Notes under the pieces: model-generated
Told to the model about the DNA's origin: nothing
Seen by the model: only the letters and a program-made list of their open reading frames with translations
The model's database searches: none
Part shown: in pieces, positions 61,914 to 64,000 of the stretch
Layout of the letters: each line of letters opens with the position of its first letter
Position numbering within the stretch: the first letter of the stretch is position 1
Position numbers and translations under genes: made by a program
Source of the DNA: Nitrosopumilus sp.
GTDB taxonomy: Archaea; Thermoproteota; Nitrososphaeria; Nitrososphaerales; Nitrosopumilaceae
Length of the DNA: 64,000 bases
NCBI GenBank assembly: GCA_965203315.1
Contig: OZ241857.1
Coordinates: 960,001-1,024,000 of the forward strand
Direction: 5' to 3'

Positions 61914-63029
61914 ATGGGAATGGAGTTTTATGGAGATGATTATAGAGGAACAGATGTTGCTCCATTTGTTGGAATTAATACATTCTTACATTTACCTTGG
62001 ATAAGAACACATAAAGAATTACTAGATGTAAAACCAGATGTCGCGATAATTGGAGAACCGTTTGATTTTGGAACAACCATACGTCCAGGAGCTAGATATG
62101 GACCGCGTGCAATAAGAGCTGCATCGACTATTCCATCTCCACCATATGAGCGGTTTAATATTGAGACCGGCGCTGATCCATTTGGAACATTTAGAACGGT
62201 TGACTATGGAGACGTACTTGTATCCCCAGGTGATGTAATCGAGTCACATAAACGTATGACGCAAAAAGTAAAAGAAGTACTAGAAGCAGATGGTATTCCA
62301 GTAATGCTTGGGGGGGATCACTCGATAACATATGCAAATGTTCGTGCATTTGCAAAAAAGTACAAAAACATCGGTATGATCCATTTTGATACACATTCAG
62401 ACTGTGCCAAACAGGGCCTTACCGGATACAAGTACGATCATGGCGCACATATTAGAAGAATAATGGAGATGGGTTGTCTAAAAGGAAAAAATTATTCACT
62501 TGTAGGTCCACGCGGATATTGGCCAGGTCCTGATCTGTACAAATGGATGGCAGATCAAGACTTTCAATGGTTTACAATGCTCGATGTCGAAGAGTTGGGT
62601 ATAGACTATATCGCAAAAGAGATAGCAGATCGTGCAAACGATGGTACAGATGCAGTATACCTAAGTTGGGATATTGATTCGTTTGATCCTGCATATGCAC
62701 CTGGAACAGGTGAGCCTGAACCAAACGGCCTCACGTCTCGCGAAGGAATACGTATGATCCGTTTACTATCAAAGTCATTTGATCCAGATCGATTTGCGGT
62801 AGACGTGGTCGAGATATCACCAGCATATGACGTTAGCGACTCTAGCTCATACAATGGTGGGATCACATCAGGATTAGGTCAAAGACTAATAGTCGAGTTG
62901 TTAGCTGGACTCTCACTAACAAAACGTGGTCTAGATGGAGGAAGTCCTGTACGGCCACATGATTACAGAGGTACAGGCCACACATACAGTTTTGGTAACC
63001 CTAGAGCTGAAATTCCAAAGAGGGACTAG
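61914..63029 (+). CDS. Ureohydrolase (agmatinase/guanidino-hydrolase family)
   Basis: RPGARYGPRAIR, GGDHS, HFDTHSD, SWDIDSFDP and APGTG. Confidence 0.93.
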   Translation: MGMEFYGDDYRGTDVAPFVGINTFLHLPWIRTHKELLDVKPDVAIIGEPFDFGTTIRPGARYGPRAIRAASTIPSPPYERFNIETGADPFGTFRTVDYGDVLVSPGDVIESHKRMTQKVKEVLEADGIPVMLGGDHSITYANVRAFAKKYKNIGMIHFDTHSDCAKQGLTGYKYDHGAHIRRIMEMGCLKGKNYSLVGPRGYWPGPDLYKWMADQDFQWFTMLDVEELGIDYIAKEIADRANDGTDAVYLSWDIDSFDPAYAPGTGEPEPNGLTSREGIRMIRLLSKSFDPDRFAVDVVEISPAYDVSDSSSYNGGITSGLGQRLIVELLAGLSLTKRGLDGGSPVRPHDYRGTGHTYSFGNPRAEIPKRD

Positions 63030-63380
63030 ATGATAACCGTTATAGTTCAGGGCGCTCCTGATACTAGACCATTATGCAGATCATTTGATTACAACTCTGA
63101 CATAATGTCATCTAGATTGACAACTATACGTGAGCGCCTGATGAGTAACACTCCATTAAACTTTGATGAGACAATACTCTTGTTTGCAGCATTTGTATCC
63201 GAATCAAGAGATCATACTTTGATTCAAGATCAGATTCGTAAGATTCTCCTACCCCATCAAGTTATGATTGGAGTGCCAGAGAGTATCTACAAGATGACAT
63301 TTCACATAAAAGACAAGACCATCACGATCATAGAGCCCATCGCGATATACTCATACTCGATGAGTGGAGATCTAAGTTGA
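63030..63380 (+). CDS. Urease gamma-subunit-like protein
   Basis: LNFDETI and QVMIGVPE...PI echo the UreA motifs LNxPE and DVMEGVPE...PI. Confidence 0.6.
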   Translation: MITVIVQGAPDTRPLCRSFDYNSDIMSSRLTTIRERLMSNTPLNFDETILLFAAFVSESRDHTLIQDQIRKILLPHQVMIGVPESIYKMTFHIKDKTITIIEPIAIYSYSMSGDLS

Positions 63381-64000
63381 TAGATATCATATACACATTG
63401 ATTCAGAGTGACAACTATTACATAGTTTTGTTGTCAGGATTGTTGATTGGTGTAATACATGCATTTGAACCAGATCATCTGAGTGCAGTCTCGACTCAAA
63501 TTCAACAAAAGAGTAATGATCTTGAACATCGGTTGATCAACTCGTCACTATATGGAGTGTTGTGGGGAGTTGGACATACGTCAGGCATCGTAATGATTGG
63601 AGTTGCTGTTGTTCTTTTGTCAATTACCATTCCTGAAGAGTTTTTTGTAGGAGCAGAGATGCTAGTAGGTATTACACTAATTGTACTTGGAATCTTTGCA
63701 ATATACAGAACTCGTCACTCTCATCCACATACTCATTCAGATGGTACAGTTCACTCTCATCCACATACGCGTGGGCATCATACTCATGGACATCGCTCAT
63801 ACATCATAGGCTGTCTGCATGGAGTTGCAGGCAGTGGTGGATTGATCATACTCATATCTGTAGGACTAGGGAGTATCGAGTCATTGATACCATTTTTGAT
63901 GATCTTTGGTATAGGGAGTATCATGGGCATGGCTATAGCTAGTGGAGTTATCGGAATACCACTAACCATGATAAAGGCTGATAACACACGTAGATATCTA
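63377..64000 (+). CDS. Nickel/cobalt transporter (NiCoT/UreH-like), runs off the window
   Basis: Not in the ORF track. From TTG 63377: GVIHAFEPDHL, WGVGHT, a His-rich loop HSHPHTHSDGTVHSHPH, and LHGVAGSG. Confidence 0.88.
   Translation, partial: MIDIIYTLIQSDNYYIVLLSGLLIGVIHAFEPDHLSAVSTQIQQKSNDLEHRLINSSLYGVLWGVGHTSGIVMIGVAVVLLSITIPEEFFVGAEMLVGITLIVLGIFAIYRTRHSHPHTHSDGTVHSHPHTRGHHTHGHRSYIIGCLHGVAGSGGLIILISVGLGSIESLIPFLMIFGIGSIMGMAIASGVIGIPLTMIKADNTRRYL

Noticed and set aside
63784-63987. Minus-strand 67-aa ORF
   Set aside because: Antisense shadow of the nickel transporter.

Overview
Archaeal chromosome segment, about 35-40% GC by eye. The gene content points to an ammonia-oxidising thaumarchaeote (Nitrosopumilaceae): PEFG-CTERM and CFI-box-CTERM surface proteins, and the rpoN-eno-rps2-mvk-ipk-idi-GGPPS-gltX cluster. 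The heavy IS/MITE load and orphan surface genes suggest a host-associated lineage, which is inference. The core genes (mdh, larB, rps13, rps4, glmS, cobT-like, tRNA-Leu(GAG), mevalonate/lipid genes, gltX) are interrupted by small AT-rich accessory genes. Nearly every one of these has a short inverted-repeat element (MITE; four families recognised) just upstream of its start. A complete type I-B-like CRISPR-Cas locus (cas8b-7-5-3-6-1-2-4) precedes a 70-repeat/69-spacer array (counted by hand). The spacers are unusually redundant: six share a pyrimidine/oligo-T terminator-like motif, several tile one non-coding locus on both strands, and two pairs re-sample the same protospacer position in variant invaders. 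Three IS elements are present. An IS5-like element splits a GNAT gene, with a clean 3-bp TSD. An IS6-like SWIM-DDE element joins a truncated ISH3-like transposase to a truncated Na+/solute symporter. The window ends with a ureohydrolase / urease-gamma-like / nickel-transporter operon. All calls come from reading motifs by eye; no database searches were run.
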